Counted from the first letter of the stretch, positions 10,954 through 21,295 are shown. The stretch: 32,000 nucleotides of DNA from Candidatus Saccharimonadota bacterium (GCF_000973505.1 NZ_CP010048.1:150001-182000); one strand, 5' to 3'. Numbers and translations are program-made. Notes: generated from the sequence alone by a model not told the origin.

Positions 10954-11710
10954 GCTTGGTCCTTCGTTTATTTAACATCAATATTTTAAATTTACAGTAT
11001 ATATTATTTTTATTTAATAATTGCGATTGCGTATAAAATATGATGAAATAAAAAAATAACAAATTATAAATATAAAATTTAAATATTTTATTATGAAAAT
11101 ATTCTTGCCTGATTATATATAATTTGTCAACTATTAATATAGTGAAATTATATTGGAGATTCATGTTTTTATCTGTTTAATGTTTTTCAAATAGGTGATT
11201 TTATATGTATGTAACATAATTTTTGTTTTTTTGTTTTATTTCAAATAGCATTTATTATTATAATGAATGTGATACTTAACAGTTATAACAAAATATATTG
11301 ATTATATCTTTAATAATTTAATTGTAATTATTTTTTATTTTTTGTAATTTCTTGTTAAAAAATAGTTGTTAATTATTTTGAGGTTGTTGGCGATGTGTAT
11401 TTAGAATATTTGTATTTATGGTTAATAAATTGTAAGAAATAGAAGTATGTTTTAAGTTTTATTTTTTTAATATTTTTTAATATTTTAAGTGAAATATTAT
11501 TGTTAAATTATTTTAATATAGTTGTTATTGCGTAATTTTCAGGAGTATATTTAAACAATAATTATTTAATTTTTTAATATTTAATATTCATTTGTTAATT
11601 AGTTTTATTAATAGTTATTAAATTATATTAGTGGATTTGATTTTTAATAATTTAATTTGTGTTAAAATATAAAAAATATCATTTTTATCTATTAATTATA
11701 ATTGTATTTT
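10954..11710. other. Divergent non-coding spacer between leuA (-) and rsmH (+). It probably holds the leu and dcw promoters, which I cannot map.
   Basis: The spacer is 757 bp and extremely AT-rich. The only ORF of 60 aa or more is the low-complexity shadow at 10928-11164. -10-like hexamers are too common in this composition to call a promoter. Confidence 0.7.
10960..10965 (-). promoter_or_regulatory. Shine-Dalgarno-like GAAGGA, 6 nt upstream of the leuA ATG
   Basis: The minus strand reads ...AAACGAAGGACCAAGC-ATG. Confidence 0.5.
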
Positions 11711-12694
11711 ATGTCAATAAAAGATTTTAAACGTGTTGTGTTATTATGTGAAGTTTTAAAATTTTTAAATATTATTTCTGATGGAATTTACATTGATGCC
11801 ACTTTTGGTCAAGGCGGCCATTCTGAAGGAATTTTATCTTATTTAAGTAAACAAGGGCGATTGTTTGCTATTGATCGTGATTATGCTGCAGTTCGAATCG
11901 GTAAAATTATTGCTAAACGCGATCACCGAGTAACTGTTATTCATGGTCAATTTTCTAAATTATTTCAATATATGAAAACTCATAATTTGATTGGGAAAGT
12001 AAATGGAATTTTGTTTGATTTAGGGGTGTCTAGATTGCAATTAGAGGATAATAATCGTGGTTTTTCATTTAAAAACAATGGTTTGTTAGATATGCGAATG
12101 GATACTAATTCCAGTTTATCAGCTTCTTTATGGTTGCGTACAGCTTCATTGAAGAGAATTGTTTGGGTATTAACGACATTTGGAGAGGAAAGGTTTGCTA
12201 AAAGAATTGCGAATGCTATTGTTACATATAGAAAACATAAAAATTTAATTTATACGCATGAATTGGTAAAATTGATTACGAGTTCTGTACCATATTATGA
12301 TAAACATAAGCATCCTGCAACGCGTACTTTTCAAGCTATTCGAATGTATATTAATAATGAATTATCTGAAATTCAAGATGTATTACAGGCAGCCTTGCTT
12401 GTTTTAGCTCCTGGCGGGAGGTTGTTGGTAATTAGTTTTCATTCTTTAGAAGATCGTATTGTAAAATATTTTATTCGTGCACACAGCTTACCATCATTAA
12501 TATTAAATAAATCTAATTCTGATATACAGTATAATGATACTTTTGAGAAGAAATTTTTCACAAATTCAAACAATAATCAATATAAGTATTATTTAAAATT
12601 TATAAAGAGGGTATTTCCTTCGAAAAGTGAAATTCAATATAATATATCCGCAAGGAGTGCAGTTTTACGTTGTGCTGAAAAGGTAGTAATATGA
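11711..12694 (+). CDS. rsmH: 16S rRNA (cytosine1402-N4)-methyltransferase RsmH (MraW)
   Basis: The ORF carries DATFGQGGHS, FDLGVS, FGEERFAKRIA, HPATRTFQAIR and ISFHSLEDRIVK. The track ORF begins at TTG 11702; I prefer ATG 11711 (MSIKDFKR...), but the start is uncertain and no clear SD is visible. The stop overlaps the ftsL start (ATGA). Confidence 0.92.
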   Translation: MSIKDFKRVVLLCEVLKFLNIISDGIYIDATFGQGGHSEGILSYLSKQGRLFAIDRDYAAVRIGKIIAKRDHRVTVIHGQFSKLFQYMKTHNLIGKVNGILFDLGVSRLQLEDNNRGFSFKNNGLLDMRMDTNSSLSASLWLRTASLKRIVWVLTTFGEERFAKRIANAIVTYRKHKNLIYTHELVKLITSSVPYYDKHKHPATRTFQAIRMYINNELSEIQDVLQAALLVLAPGGRLLVISFHSLEDRIVKYFIRAHSLPSLILNKSNSDIQYNDTFEKKFFTNSNNNQYKYYLKFIKRVFPSKSEIQYNISARSAVLRCAEKVVI

Positions 12695-13023
12695 TGAATA
12701 ATAACTTTGGTAGATTGCCTAATCTTGTTAGAATTATTTGTTGTGATTTATTTTATCGTGCTAGATTGTGTCTTATTTTGTTATTTTTAGTTATATGTTC
12801 AGGAATTTCTGTGGTTATAATGACGTATAAGACACGAGAATTGATTATGTTTAGTGAACAAATAGTATTAGAAAAAGATGCCTTAGAAATAGAAAATCAT
12901 CATTTAATGCTTGAAGAAAAAGTATTGGGGGATTTAACTCGTATTGAGTCTTTTGCTATTAAAAAACTTAATATGAAGTATGTAGATCCTTATGAAGAAA
13001 TCGGAATTTATTATTATAACTAG
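12691..13023 (+). CDS. ftsL: Cell division protein FtsL
   Basis: The 110-aa ORF has a single TM segment followed by a coiled-coil region. LEKDALEIENHHLMLEEKVLGD..RIESFAIKKLNMKYVDP parallels E. coli [41 protein letters not shown]. It lies between rsmH and ftsI. Confidence 0.87.
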   Translation: MMNNNFGRLPNLVRIICCDLFYRARLCLILLFLVICSGISVVIMTYKTRELIMFSEQIVLEKDALEIENHHLMLEEKVLGDLTRIESFAIKKLNMKYVDPYEEIGIYYYN

Positions 13024-13068
13024 ATATTTGATAGATATTACAATTTTTGTTTTGAGTGATTATTTTTT

Positions 13069-14820
13069 ATGAAATTAAAATATCATAAAGTTTATAATGA
13101 TTTTTCTGATTTTCGTTTTTTTTCTTTATATATATTCATTTTTTTGTTATTTGTAGTATTAATAGTGCGGATTGTTTATTTGCAGTTAATTAATCATGAT
13201 TGGTTATTACGTGAAGGTGATATTCGTTCTTTACGTAACCAACGAGTGGATATTACTAGAGGTATGATTCGAGACCGCGTGGGTCGATTACTTGCGGTTA
13301 GTGTACCTGTATATGCGGTGTGTGCTAATCCTAAAGAATTAATTAAAGATGAGTTATTAAATATGTTTGTTGGTTCAAAGTGGCAAGTGTTTTCTGATGT
13401 ATTGTCTATGCCGTTAAATCAAATTTCTTCTCGTATACGTTTACGTTCTAATGATAATTTTGTATATTTGGCTCGTCAAATTAGTTCATCAACAGGTGAG
13501 TATATTTTAAATCTTAAATTACCAGGTATTTATTTATCTAAAGAATCTAGAAGATATTACCCTTGTTCTCAAATTACAGCTCATATTATAGGTTTTACTG
13601 ATATAGATGGTTATGGTATTGAAGGAGTTGAAAAAAGTTTCAATAGTTTATTACAAGGTGTTCCTGGTCAAAGAATAGTAAGACAAGATCCTAGTGGAAA
13701 AGTGATTGAACATGTTTCTTCTGTAGATAGACGATTAGCCAATAATTTATTTTTAAGCATTGATGAACGTTTACAAAATTTAGTGTATCGTGAATTAAAT
13801 CATGCAGTGATTGCACATAAAGCAGAATCAGGTAGTGCTGTGTTAATAGATGTCAATACAGGTGAAGTGTTAGCTATGGTTAATAGTCCATCTTATAATC
13901 CTAATAATTTATCTGTTGCGGCTAAACGTTTTATTCGTAATCGTGCTATTACTGATTTATTTGAACCTGGTTCAACAATAAAACCTGTTGTGATAATAGC
14001 GGCATTACAGCAAGGAATTATACAAGAGGATAGCGTACTTAATACATTACCTTATTTTATTAATGGGTATCAAATTAAGGATGTTGTTCGTTATGAACGA
14101 TTAAGTATTAAAGATATTTTGCAAAAGTCAAGTAATGTTGGTGTTTCTAAGTTAGCATTGAATATGCCGTGTTCTGTTTTAGTAGATGCGTATTTACAAT
14201 TTGGAATTGGAGTGAAAACAAATTTGGGATTGGTAGGAGAGGCTTATAGTTCGTCTTTTTGTAAAAATCATTATTCTGATATAGAACGAGCTACATTATC
14301 ATATGGTTATGGTTTGATGGTTACACCATTGCAGTTAGCGAAAGTATATGCCACAATTGGGAGCATGGGAATTTCACGACCGATTTCTATTGTTCGAATA
14401 GAAAAATCTACCATAGTGTCAGGTAAACAAATTTTTCCTGCGTCATTAGTACGTACTGTATTAAATATGATGAATACTGTATCGTTATCTATTGGAAATA
14501 ATGTTGAGGATAGCTATAAGTATCGTATTGCTATTAAAACAGGCACTGTTAAGAAAATCAATCAAAGTGGAAAATATGTTAATAAGTATATTGCATATGC
14601 TGCTGGTGTTGCTCCAATATATCAACCTAAATTTTCTTTAGTGGTTGTGATTAATGAACCTAAATCTGGTCAATATTATGGAGGTATAGTATCTGCACCT
14701 GTTTTTGAGAAGATTATGAAAGGTGTTTTTCGCATCACAGATATGACACTTAATCAAAAGGTATCTGCTGGAGATGTGTTTGATGATAATTTTTTCTTCG
14801 AAAGTTATAGGAAATCTTAA
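13069..14820 (+). CDS. ftsI: Peptidoglycan D,D-transpeptidase FtsI (PBP3)
   Basis: The 583-aa ORF has an N-terminal TM anchor and the penicillin-binding motifs STIKP (SxxK), SSN and KTGT. The block REGDIRSLRNQRVDITRGMIRDRVGRLLAVSVP matches E. coli FtsI. Confidence 0.94.
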   Translation: MKLKYHKVYNDFSDFRFFSLYIFIFLLFVVLIVRIVYLQLINHDWLLREGDIRSLRNQRVDITRGMIRDRVGRLLAVSVPVYAVCANPKELIKDELLNMFVGSKWQVFSDVLSMPLNQISSRIRLRSNDNFVYLARQISSSTGEYILNLKLPGIYLSKESRRYYPCSQITAHIIGFTDIDGYGIEGVEKSFNSLLQGVPGQRIVRQDPSGKVIEHVSSVDRRLANNLFLSIDERLQNLVYRELNHAVIAHKAESGSAVLIDVNTGEVLAMVNSPSYNPNNLSVAAKRFIRNRAITDLFEPGSTIKPVVIIAALQQGIIQEDSVLNTLPYFINGYQIKDVVRYERLSIKDILQKSSNVGVSKLALNMPCSVLVDAYLQFGIGVKTNLGLVGEAYSSSFCKNHYSDIERATLSYGYGLMVTPLQLAKVYATIGSMGISRPISIVRIEKSTIVSGKQIFPASLVRTVLNMMNTVSLSIGNNVEDSYKYRIAIKTGTVKKINQSGKYVNKYIAYAAGVAPIYQPKFSLVVVINEPKSGQYYGGIVSAPVFEKIMKGVFRITDMTLNQKVSAGDVFDDNFFFESYRKS

Positions 14821-14823
14821 ATT

Positions 14824-16320
14824 ATGCATATTTGTAATAATTTACAAACATTATTATCTTTATGTAAAGTTCATGGCCCGGTGGTTTTTATTAAAGCTAT
14901 AAAGTTAGATAGTCGTCATATATTTCCTGGCGATTTATTTATAGCGCTTTATGGTTATCAATTTGATGGACGGAATTATATCATGGATGCTATTAGGAAT
15001 GGGGCGCATGCAGTTATATCTGAGTCTGATGGTAAATTCGATCATGGTTATATATATTATATTGATAACATACCAATTATTAATTTGAATAATATTAAAT
15101 ATTATTTATCGTTAATATCTGGAAAATTTTATAATTATCCTTCATTATCATTAAATTTAGTAGGTATTACGGGCACCAATGGTAAAACTACTGTTGCTCA
15201 TTTGTTATTTCAATGGGTAAATTTATTATCTGAAAAAAGTGCTGTCATGGGTACTATTGGTAACGGAATGGTTAATGGTTTGTCTTATTCTGTAAATACA
15301 ACTTCCTCTCCTGTTGAGATTCAAAAAATGTTGGCGTATTTTCTTCAGAAAGGTGTTACTTTTGTTTCTATGGAAGTATCGTCACATGGTTTGGTGCAAA
15401 ATAGGGTTCGTGATTTATATTTTCGAGCCGCAGTATTTACTAATTTAAGTCACGATCATTTAGATTATCACGGTGACATAAAATCTTATGAAGCGGCAAA
15501 GTGGATTTTATTTAGTGAATTAGATGTGAAAGAATATATTATTAACGCTGATGATATTATTGGGTTTAGATGGTTGTTGAAATTAAATCAAGGCACTGCA
15601 GTGACATGGCGTAGAAAGTTACCGAGAAATTGGTCTGGTAAGTGGCTGCATATTATTTCAGTTAATAATGTTTCTGGTGGATTTGATGTTGTTTTCGATT
15701 CTGTTTGGGGGTATGGTGTGATTCATAGTCAGTTAATAGGAGCGTATAATGTTAGTAATTTGTTATTAGCTTTAGCTACATTGTTGACATTAAATTATCC
15801 CTTATCTATTTTATTAGATACAGCACCGTACTTAAAATCTATTTGTGGTCGCATGGAAGTATTTAGATCAGCAGGTTACCCCACAGTAGTAGTAGATTAT
15901 GCGCATAATCCGGAGGCTTTGAGAAATGTATTATTGGAAATCAGAGCTCATTGTTTTGGTAAAATATGGTGTGTGTTTGGTTGTGGTGGAGGTCGAGATG
16001 CAACAAAAAGGCCTATAATGGGAAATATTGCAGAAAGATATTCTGATTGTGTAATTATTACTGATGATAATCCTCGTACCGAAGAATCTAAAAAAATTAT
16101 AAGTGATATTAAATCTGGGTTTGTAGACATAAACTCAGGACGCATACAGATTATTCAGCAGCGTGAAGAAGCATTGAGGGCGGCTGTTTTTCAGGCCACA
16201 TCAAAAGATTGGGTATTAGTAGCTGGTAAAGGACATGAAAATTATCAAATTATTGGGAATAGTAAAATAATATATTCTGATCAAGTTATTATAAAAAATT
16301 TATTGAGTATAGTAACGTGA
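14824..16320 (+). CDS. murE: UDP-MurNAc-L-Ala-D-Glu:meso-diaminopimelate ligase MurE
   Basis: The 498-aa ORF carries GITGTNGKTT (P-loop), MEVSSHGL, FTNLSHDHLDYHG, VVVDYAHNP, DDNPRTEE and AGKGHE. Confidence 0.95.
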   Translation: MHICNNLQTLLSLCKVHGPVVFIKAIKLDSRHIFPGDLFIALYGYQFDGRNYIMDAIRNGAHAVISESDGKFDHGYIYYIDNIPIINLNNIKYYLSLISGKFYNYPSLSLNLVGITGTNGKTTVAHLLFQWVNLLSEKSAVMGTIGNGMVNGLSYSVNTTSSPVEIQKMLAYFLQKGVTFVSMEVSSHGLVQNRVRDLYFRAAVFTNLSHDHLDYHGDIKSYEAAKWILFSELDVKEYIINADDIIGFRWLLKLNQGTAVTWRRKLPRNWSGKWLHIISVNNVSGGFDVVFDSVWGYGVIHSQLIGAYNVSNLLLALATLLTLNYPLSILLDTAPYLKSICGRMEVFRSAGYPTVVVDYAHNPEALRNVLLEIRAHCFGKIWCVFGCGGGRDATKRPIMGNIAERYSDCVIITDDNPRTEESKKIISDIKSGFVDINSGRIQIIQQREEALRAAVFQATSKDWVLVAGKGHENYQIIGNSKIIYSDQVIIKNLLSIVT

Positions 16321-17684
16321 TTTCTTTTGCATTGTCGGAAATTGCATCAATAATAGGTGCTGAATGGATTGGGCAAGATAGAATCATTGAAACAGTAACT
16401 ATTGATTCTAGAAAAATTACTCAGCGATGTTTATTTGTGGCGTTAGAAGGTCATCGTTTTGATGGCCATCATTTTATTTCACAGGCGGTTTTTAATGGCG
16501 CTTATGCTGTGTTAGTACATCGTTATTCAAAATTGGAGGTTCCTCAATTAATAGTTGAGGATACTCGACGTGCTTTTTCTCAACTAGCTGCTTGGGTTCG
16601 TCGGCAGGTTTCGTGTAAAATCATAGCAATAACTGGCTCCAGTGGTAAAACTTCAGTGAAGGAAATGACAGCTTCTATTTTGTCTCAGCGTGGAAAAATT
16701 GTAGTAACTCAAGAAAATTTTAATAATGATATTGGGGTATCTTTAACATTATTATGTTTAACCAATGAAGATGATTTTGCAGTAATTGAATTAGGTTCGA
16801 GTAGTTTTGGGGAAATTGCCTGGAGTAGTAGTTTGGTGTTTCCAGATATTGTATTAGTAAATAATATTTTTTCCTCTCATTTATCAGGTTTTGGTTCTTT
16901 GGTTGGTGTTGCGATAGCTAAAGGTGAAATTTTTTCTAGTTTGCCAAATTCGGGAGTATGTGTTTTAAATGCTGATAATAATGCTTGTTTGTTATGGAAG
17001 CATTTATTGTTATATCGGAAAGTTGTATATTTCTCACTTCAACGGCGAGATAAAGTAGATTTTTTTGCTAGTAGTATTGTTTATTCTTGGAACAGTATTA
17101 GTTTTATTTTGCATACACCACTTGGTAGTGCTGTGGTTACTTTGTTAGTGTTAGGAAAGCATAGTGTGTCCAATGCTTTAGCTGCTAGTGTGTTAGCATT
17201 TTTTGCAGGAGCAACATTGCAAGAGATAGTGTTAGGGTTAGAAAAAGTGCGTCCTTTGCCTGGCAGGTTGTTTCCTATTGTTTTGGGTATAGGAAAATTG
17301 TTATTGGATGATAGTTATAATGCTAATGTTGGTTCTATGATTGCATCTATTGATGTGTTAAATAGAATGGCAGGTTATCGTGTTATTGTAGTGGGTGATA
17401 TGTTAGAATTAGGGGGGTTACATGAGGTTCAATGTCATCGTGATATTGGTAAGTTTATTGCAGTAACGAATATTCATCAAGTGTTTAGTATTGGATGTAT
17501 GAGTTGTTTTATTAGTTATTATAGCGGTCGGGGTGAACATTTTTATAGTTATAATATGTTGATTTCTCGTATTGTTCAGGTATTTAAGATGCATGATAGA
17601 GTTACAGTATTAATTAAAGGATCGCGTAGTATGTTGATGGATCAGTTAGTAATGGTATTACGGGAGATATTATATGGTGCTTGA
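16317..17684 (+). CDS. murF: UDP-MurNAc-tripeptide:D-alanyl-D-alanine ligase MurF
   Basis: The 455-aa ORF starts at a GTG overlapping the murE stop (GTGA). MISFALSEIA parallels E. coli MISVTLSQL. It also carries ITGSSGKTSVKEM, NNDIGV, DDSYNANVGSM and IKGSRS. Confidence 0.95.
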   Translation: MISFALSEIASIIGAEWIGQDRIIETVTIDSRKITQRCLFVALEGHRFDGHHFISQAVFNGAYAVLVHRYSKLEVPQLIVEDTRRAFSQLAAWVRRQVSCKIIAITGSSGKTSVKEMTASILSQRGKIVVTQENFNNDIGVSLTLLCLTNEDDFAVIELGSSSFGEIAWSSSLVFPDIVLVNNIFSSHLSGFGSLVGVAIAKGEIFSSLPNSGVCVLNADNNACLLWKHLLLYRKVVYFSLQRRDKVDFFASSIVYSWNSISFILHTPLGSAVVTLLVLGKHSVSNALAASVLAFFAGATLQEIVLGLEKVRPLPGRLFPIVLGIGKLLLDDSYNANVGSMIASIDVLNRMAGYRVIVVGDMLELGGLHEVQCHRDIGKFIAVTNIHQVFSIGCMSCFISYYSGRGEHFYSYNMLISRIVQVFKMHDRVTVLIKGSRSMLMDQLVMVLREILYGA

Positions 17685-18759
17685 ATTAGTTGAATATTGT
17701 TTTAAATTTTACTCTAATAATAGTGGTGTGTTTTCGCATGTAACGTTTCGTTCATTTTTTAGTTTGTTAAGTGCTTGGTTAATATCGTTATGGATTGGTC
17801 CATATTTAATTACTTTATTGAAAAAATTAAAAATAAATCAAGTGATACGTACTAATGGTCCATCGTCTCATAGCTTAAAACAGGGCACACCCACGATGGG
17901 TGGTGTTATGATTTTATTTTCTATTATTTTGTCAATATTATTGTGGAGTAATTTATGTAATCATTATATTTGGTATGTGATATGTATATTGGTGTTTTAT
18001 GGTTGTGTTGGTTTTTTAGATGATTATTACAAAATCTTAAAAAAAAATAGTTGTGGATTAAGTGCGTTATCGAAATATTGTTTGTTATCAATAATTGCAT
18101 TATTATTAATGAGTATAGTTTTTATGTTAGAGAAAAATATGATTAGTACACGATTAACGGTACCTTTTTTTAGTAATGTTATTATCGAATTAGGAGTATG
18201 GTATATTATTTTTGGTTATTTAGTGGTTGTTGGTACTAGTAATGCTGTTAATTTATCAGATGGTTTAGATGGTTTGGTTATTTTTCCTATAGTATGCATT
18301 GCTATTGGTTTAGGTATAATAGCATTGGTGTCTAGTAATATATATTTTGCTAATTATTTTTCTGTTCAGTATTGTGTTTTTGTTAGAGAGTTGGTAGTAG
18401 TTTGTAGTTCTATTATTGGGGCAGGACTTGGTTTTTTATGGTTTAATGCATATCCTGCACGAATTTTTATGGGGGATGTTGGTTCTTTATCTCTTGGTGG
18501 AGCGATTGGAGTGATTGCTGTATTATTGCATCAGGAAATTGTGTTATGTATTATGGGTGGTGTGTTTGTGTTAGAAACTTTTTCAGTTATTATTCAGGTA
18601 TGTTTTTTTAAATTTTATGGTTATCGTATATTTCAAATGGCTCCCATTCATCATCATTTTGAACTACAAGGATCTCCAGAACCTCGTATTGTGGTTAGGT
18701 TTTGGATTGTTAATTGTGTTTTAGTTTTAATTGGTTTAATAGTATTGAAGGTATGTTAA
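17674..18759 (+). CDS. mraY: Phospho-N-acetylmuramoyl-pentapeptide transferase MraY
   Basis: The 361-aa polytopic membrane ORF carries GTPTMGG, NAVNLSDGLDGL, MGDVGSLSLGG and MAPIHHHFE. It overlaps the murF 3' end by 11 nt. Confidence 0.96.
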   Translation: MVLELVEYCFKFYSNNSGVFSHVTFRSFFSLLSAWLISLWIGPYLITLLKKLKINQVIRTNGPSSHSLKQGTPTMGGVMILFSIILSILLWSNLCNHYIWYVICILVFYGCVGFLDDYYKILKKNSCGLSALSKYCLLSIIALLLMSIVFMLEKNMISTRLTVPFFSNVIIELGVWYIIFGYLVVVGTSNAVNLSDGLDGLVIFPIVCIAIGLGIIALVSSNIYFANYFSVQYCVFVRELVVVCSSIIGAGLGFLWFNAYPARIFMGDVGSLSLGGAIGVIAVLLHQEIVLCIMGGVFVLETFSVIIQVCFFKFYGYRIFQMAPIHHHFELQGSPEPRIVVRFWIVNCVLVLIGLIVLKVC

Positions 18760-18762
18760 TTT

Positions 18763-20097
18763 ATGGTTAATTATCGAAAAGCTCGAATTGTTATTGTAGG
18801 ATTAGGTCTGACTGGTTTATCGTGTGTCAAGTTTTTTTTAGATCGAGGTGTGGTTCCTAAAGTCATGGATACTCAATATTTTCCTCGATGTTTACATCAG
18901 TTACCGAAAGATATTAAATGTTGTTTAGGAAGATTAAATGAAGAGTGGTTATTAGATGCGACATTGATTGTTGTAAGTCCTGGAGTGTCATTATCGGATC
19001 CAATTTTGGTACGAGCTTTAAATGCAGGAATAGAGATTATTGGTGATATAGAGTTGTTTGTGCGTGAAACTGATACACCTATAATTGCTATTACTGGTTC
19101 TAGTGGTAAAAGTACAGTGGTTAGGTTATTGTCAAATATGGCCATTTGTGCTGGTTTGATAGTAGGTGTTGGTGGGAATATTGGTGTTCCTGTGTTGATG
19201 TTATTGAATAAATGTTATCAATTATATATTTTGGAAATATCTAGTTTTCAATTAGAAACCACCACCAGTCTATGTTCTGTTGCATCGACAATTTTAAATA
19301 TTTCACATGATCATATGAACCGATATTCGTCTGATTTATTACAATATCATACTACGAAGTTAAAGATATATAATAATGCAAAAGTATGTTTGGTCAATGC
19401 TTCTGATCCATTAACTTTTCCTGTATCATCTAGAGATCATCATCGTTGTTACTGTGTTAGTTTTGGTGATGAATTTGGTGATTATCATATAGGTTGGCAG
19501 TCTGACAGATATTGTTTAATGAAACATAATACATTATTGTTATATTGTTCTGAAATGAAAATATCGGGTCGTCATAATTATATGAATGCGTTAGCCGCTT
19601 TGGCTTTAGCGGATATCATGATGATTCCTCGTAAGTGTTCTTTGTTAGTTTTGCGTAATTTTTCTGGTTTATCGCATTGTTTAGAATTAGTACATGAAAA
19701 AAATGGAATACGTTGGATTAATGATTCTAAGGCGACTAATATTAGTAGCACTATTGCAGCGATAAGAAGTGTATCAATATTTAACAAGGGAACATTGCAT
19801 ATATTATTAGGAGGTGACGGTAAGCGTGTTGATTTTTTCCCTTTAGGATATTGGATGAAAAATGATAGAATATCAATGTATTGTTTTGGTAAAGATGCAG
19901 TATCTTTAGGAGAGTTAAGGTCATATGATGATACGATCATAACTGAAAGTATGGAGCAATCAATATGTATTATTAGCACTCGAGTAAAGAAAAATGATGT
20001 TGTATTATTATCTCCTGCTTGTTCTAGTTTAGATCAGTTTGAAAGTTTTAAGATGCGTGGTCATATATTTTCTCAATTAGTTAAGAAAATTGGGTAG
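18763..20097 (+). CDS. murD: UDP-MurNAc-L-alanine:D-glutamate ligase MurD
   Basis: The 444-aa ORF carries IVGLGLTGLS, ITGSSGKST, SSFQLE, NDSKATN and LLSPACSSLDQF. Confidence 0.95.
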   Translation: MVNYRKARIVIVGLGLTGLSCVKFFLDRGVVPKVMDTQYFPRCLHQLPKDIKCCLGRLNEEWLLDATLIVVSPGVSLSDPILVRALNAGIEIIGDIELFVRETDTPIIAITGSSGKSTVVRLLSNMAICAGLIVGVGGNIGVPVLMLLNKCYQLYILEISSFQLETTTSLCSVASTILNISHDHMNRYSSDLLQYHTTKLKIYNNAKVCLVNASDPLTFPVSSRDHHRCYCVSFGDEFGDYHIGWQSDRYCLMKHNTLLLYCSEMKISGRHNYMNALAALALADIMMIPRKCSLLVLRNFSGLSHCLELVHEKNGIRWINDSKATNISSTIAAIRSVSIFNKGTLHILLGGDGKRVDFFPLGYWMKNDRISMYCFGKDAVSLGELRSYDDTIITESMEQSICIISTRVKKNDVVLLSPACSSLDQFESFKMRGHIFSQLVKKIG

Positions 20098-21295
20098 TAG
20101 TTTGTTGATAAATTTATTGATTAAAAAGTTGAAATATTTATTGACATTTCGTTTAAATTCATCTCCAATTGTATTATTATACGATCGATTGTTACTGTGG
20201 CTAATATTATGTTTATCTTGTATTGGTTTAATTATGGTGACTTCGTCGTCTATGTTTGTTGGAATAAAATATTTCAATGATTCGTTGTATTTTTTAAAAC
20301 GTGAAATATTGTATTATTTTTTATCAGGTTTGTTATCTGTATGTGTTTTATATTTTCCTATTTATATTTGGCAACGTTTTAGTTTTTTTTTATTGTTAAT
20401 TACTTTAATAATACTATTATTAATACCAATATTTGGTTATTCAATTAATGGGGCTTCACGTTGGATAATATATGGATATTTTCATATACAGCCATCGGAA
20501 TTATTGAAATTAACATTTTTTTGTTATTTTGCTAATTATTTAGATAAAATGAAAGGTGTGTTTATAAATATTTTAGATATTTGTGAACCAGTAATTATAA
20601 TTTTTATTTTTTTTTTATTATTATTAATGCAACCTGATTTTGGTGCAGTAATTATTTTCATTCTTACTATATTATCTGTTTTATTTATTTCTGGTATTTT
20701 ATGGTGGAAGTTTTTATTTTTAGTTAGTTTTATCATACTATTAGTTGTTTTATTAATTTTTGAGCAACCGTATCGTATATATCGTATAATTTCTTTTTGG
20801 AATCCATGGCTTGATCCATTTGGGGGTGGATATCAGTTAATCCAATCATTAGTTGCATTTGGTCGTGGTGAATTTTTTGGACAAGGATTGGGTAATTCTA
20901 TTCAAAAATTTGAATATTTACCAGAAGCTTATAGTGATTTTATATTTTCGATTATTGCTGAAGAGCTTGGATTTTTGGGTGTATTGTTAATATTGTTCAT
21001 GATGATTCTAGTTATTTTTAGAGGTATGTTAATATCGTATAAAGCATTTAAAATGCGTCAATTGTTTTTTGCTTATTTATCTTCTGCTATTAATTTTTGT
21101 TTTTCATTTCAAGTATTAATTAATATAGGGACTGTTACTGGGATGTTACCTACCAAGGGATCTACATTACCATTGATTAGTTATGGTGGTTCTAGTTTTT
21201 TAGTTGCTTTTTTATCTATTGTATTTTTGTTGAGAATAGATTTTGAGCTTCGTGTTATTGATGATCAGGCTTTTATTAAAGGATTTGTTGAATGA
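20090..21295 (+). CDS. ftsW: Peptidoglycan glycosyltransferase / cell division protein FtsW (SEDS family)
   Basis: The 401-aa polytopic ORF carries YDRLLLWL, IMVTSSSM, IQPSELLKL, QPDFG, AFGRGEFFGQGLGNS, LPEAYSDFIF and LPTKGSTLPLISYGGSS. There is no in-frame ATG before the first TM helix. The start is taken as TTG 20090, which overlaps murD by 8 nt; nearby in-frame TTG codons are alternatives. Confidence 0.9.
   Translation: MGSSLLINLLIKKLKYLLTFRLNSSPIVLLYDRLLLWLILCLSCIGLIMVTSSSMFVGIKYFNDSLYFLKREILYYFLSGLLSVCVLYFPIYIWQRFSFFLLLITLIILLLIPIFGYSINGASRWIIYGYFHIQPSELLKLTFFCYFANYLDKMKGVFINILDICEPVIIIFIFFLLLLMQPDFGAVIIFILTILSVLFISGILWWKFLFLVSFIILLVVLLIFEQPYRIYRIISFWNPWLDPFGGGYQLIQSLVAFGRGEFFGQGLGNSIQKFEYLPEAYSDFIFSIIAEELGFLGVLLILFMMILVIFRGMLISYKAFKMRQLFFAYLSSAINFCFSFQVLINIGTVTGMLPTKGSTLPLISYGGSSFLVAFLSIVFLLRIDFELRVIDDQAFIKGFVE

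Noticed and set aside
10928-11164. A 78-aa minus-strand ORF upstream of and overlapping the leuA start. I considered it as a possible leu leader or novel small protein.
   Set aside because: It is far too long for a leader peptide and has no Leu-codon run. It is low-complexity (I/F/Y/N/K), overlaps the leuA start out of frame, and sits in nearly pure A+T DNA where such ORFs arise by chance.
11377-11442. The least AT-rich patch of the leuA-rsmH spacer, which translates as FEVVGDVYLEYLYLW.... I considered it as a relic of the MraZ C-terminal VGxxxxFELW block.
   Set aside because: The spacing within the motif does not match, and the patch lies about 270-330 nt from rsmH rather than about 100 nt. 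The resemblance rests on only a few residues. It is unresolvable without a profile search.
11697-11702. A TATAAT hexamer just upstream of rsmH. I considered it as the dcw promoter -10 element.
   Set aside because: It lies only 9 nt from the preferred ATG, and many equally good -10-like hexamers occur throughout the spacer. The sequence alone cannot discriminate between them.
19578-19979. A 133-aa minus-strand ORF, plus the 82-aa ORF at 18897-19145.
   Set aside because: Both are antisense to murD, carry no recognisable motifs, and are typical shadow ORFs.
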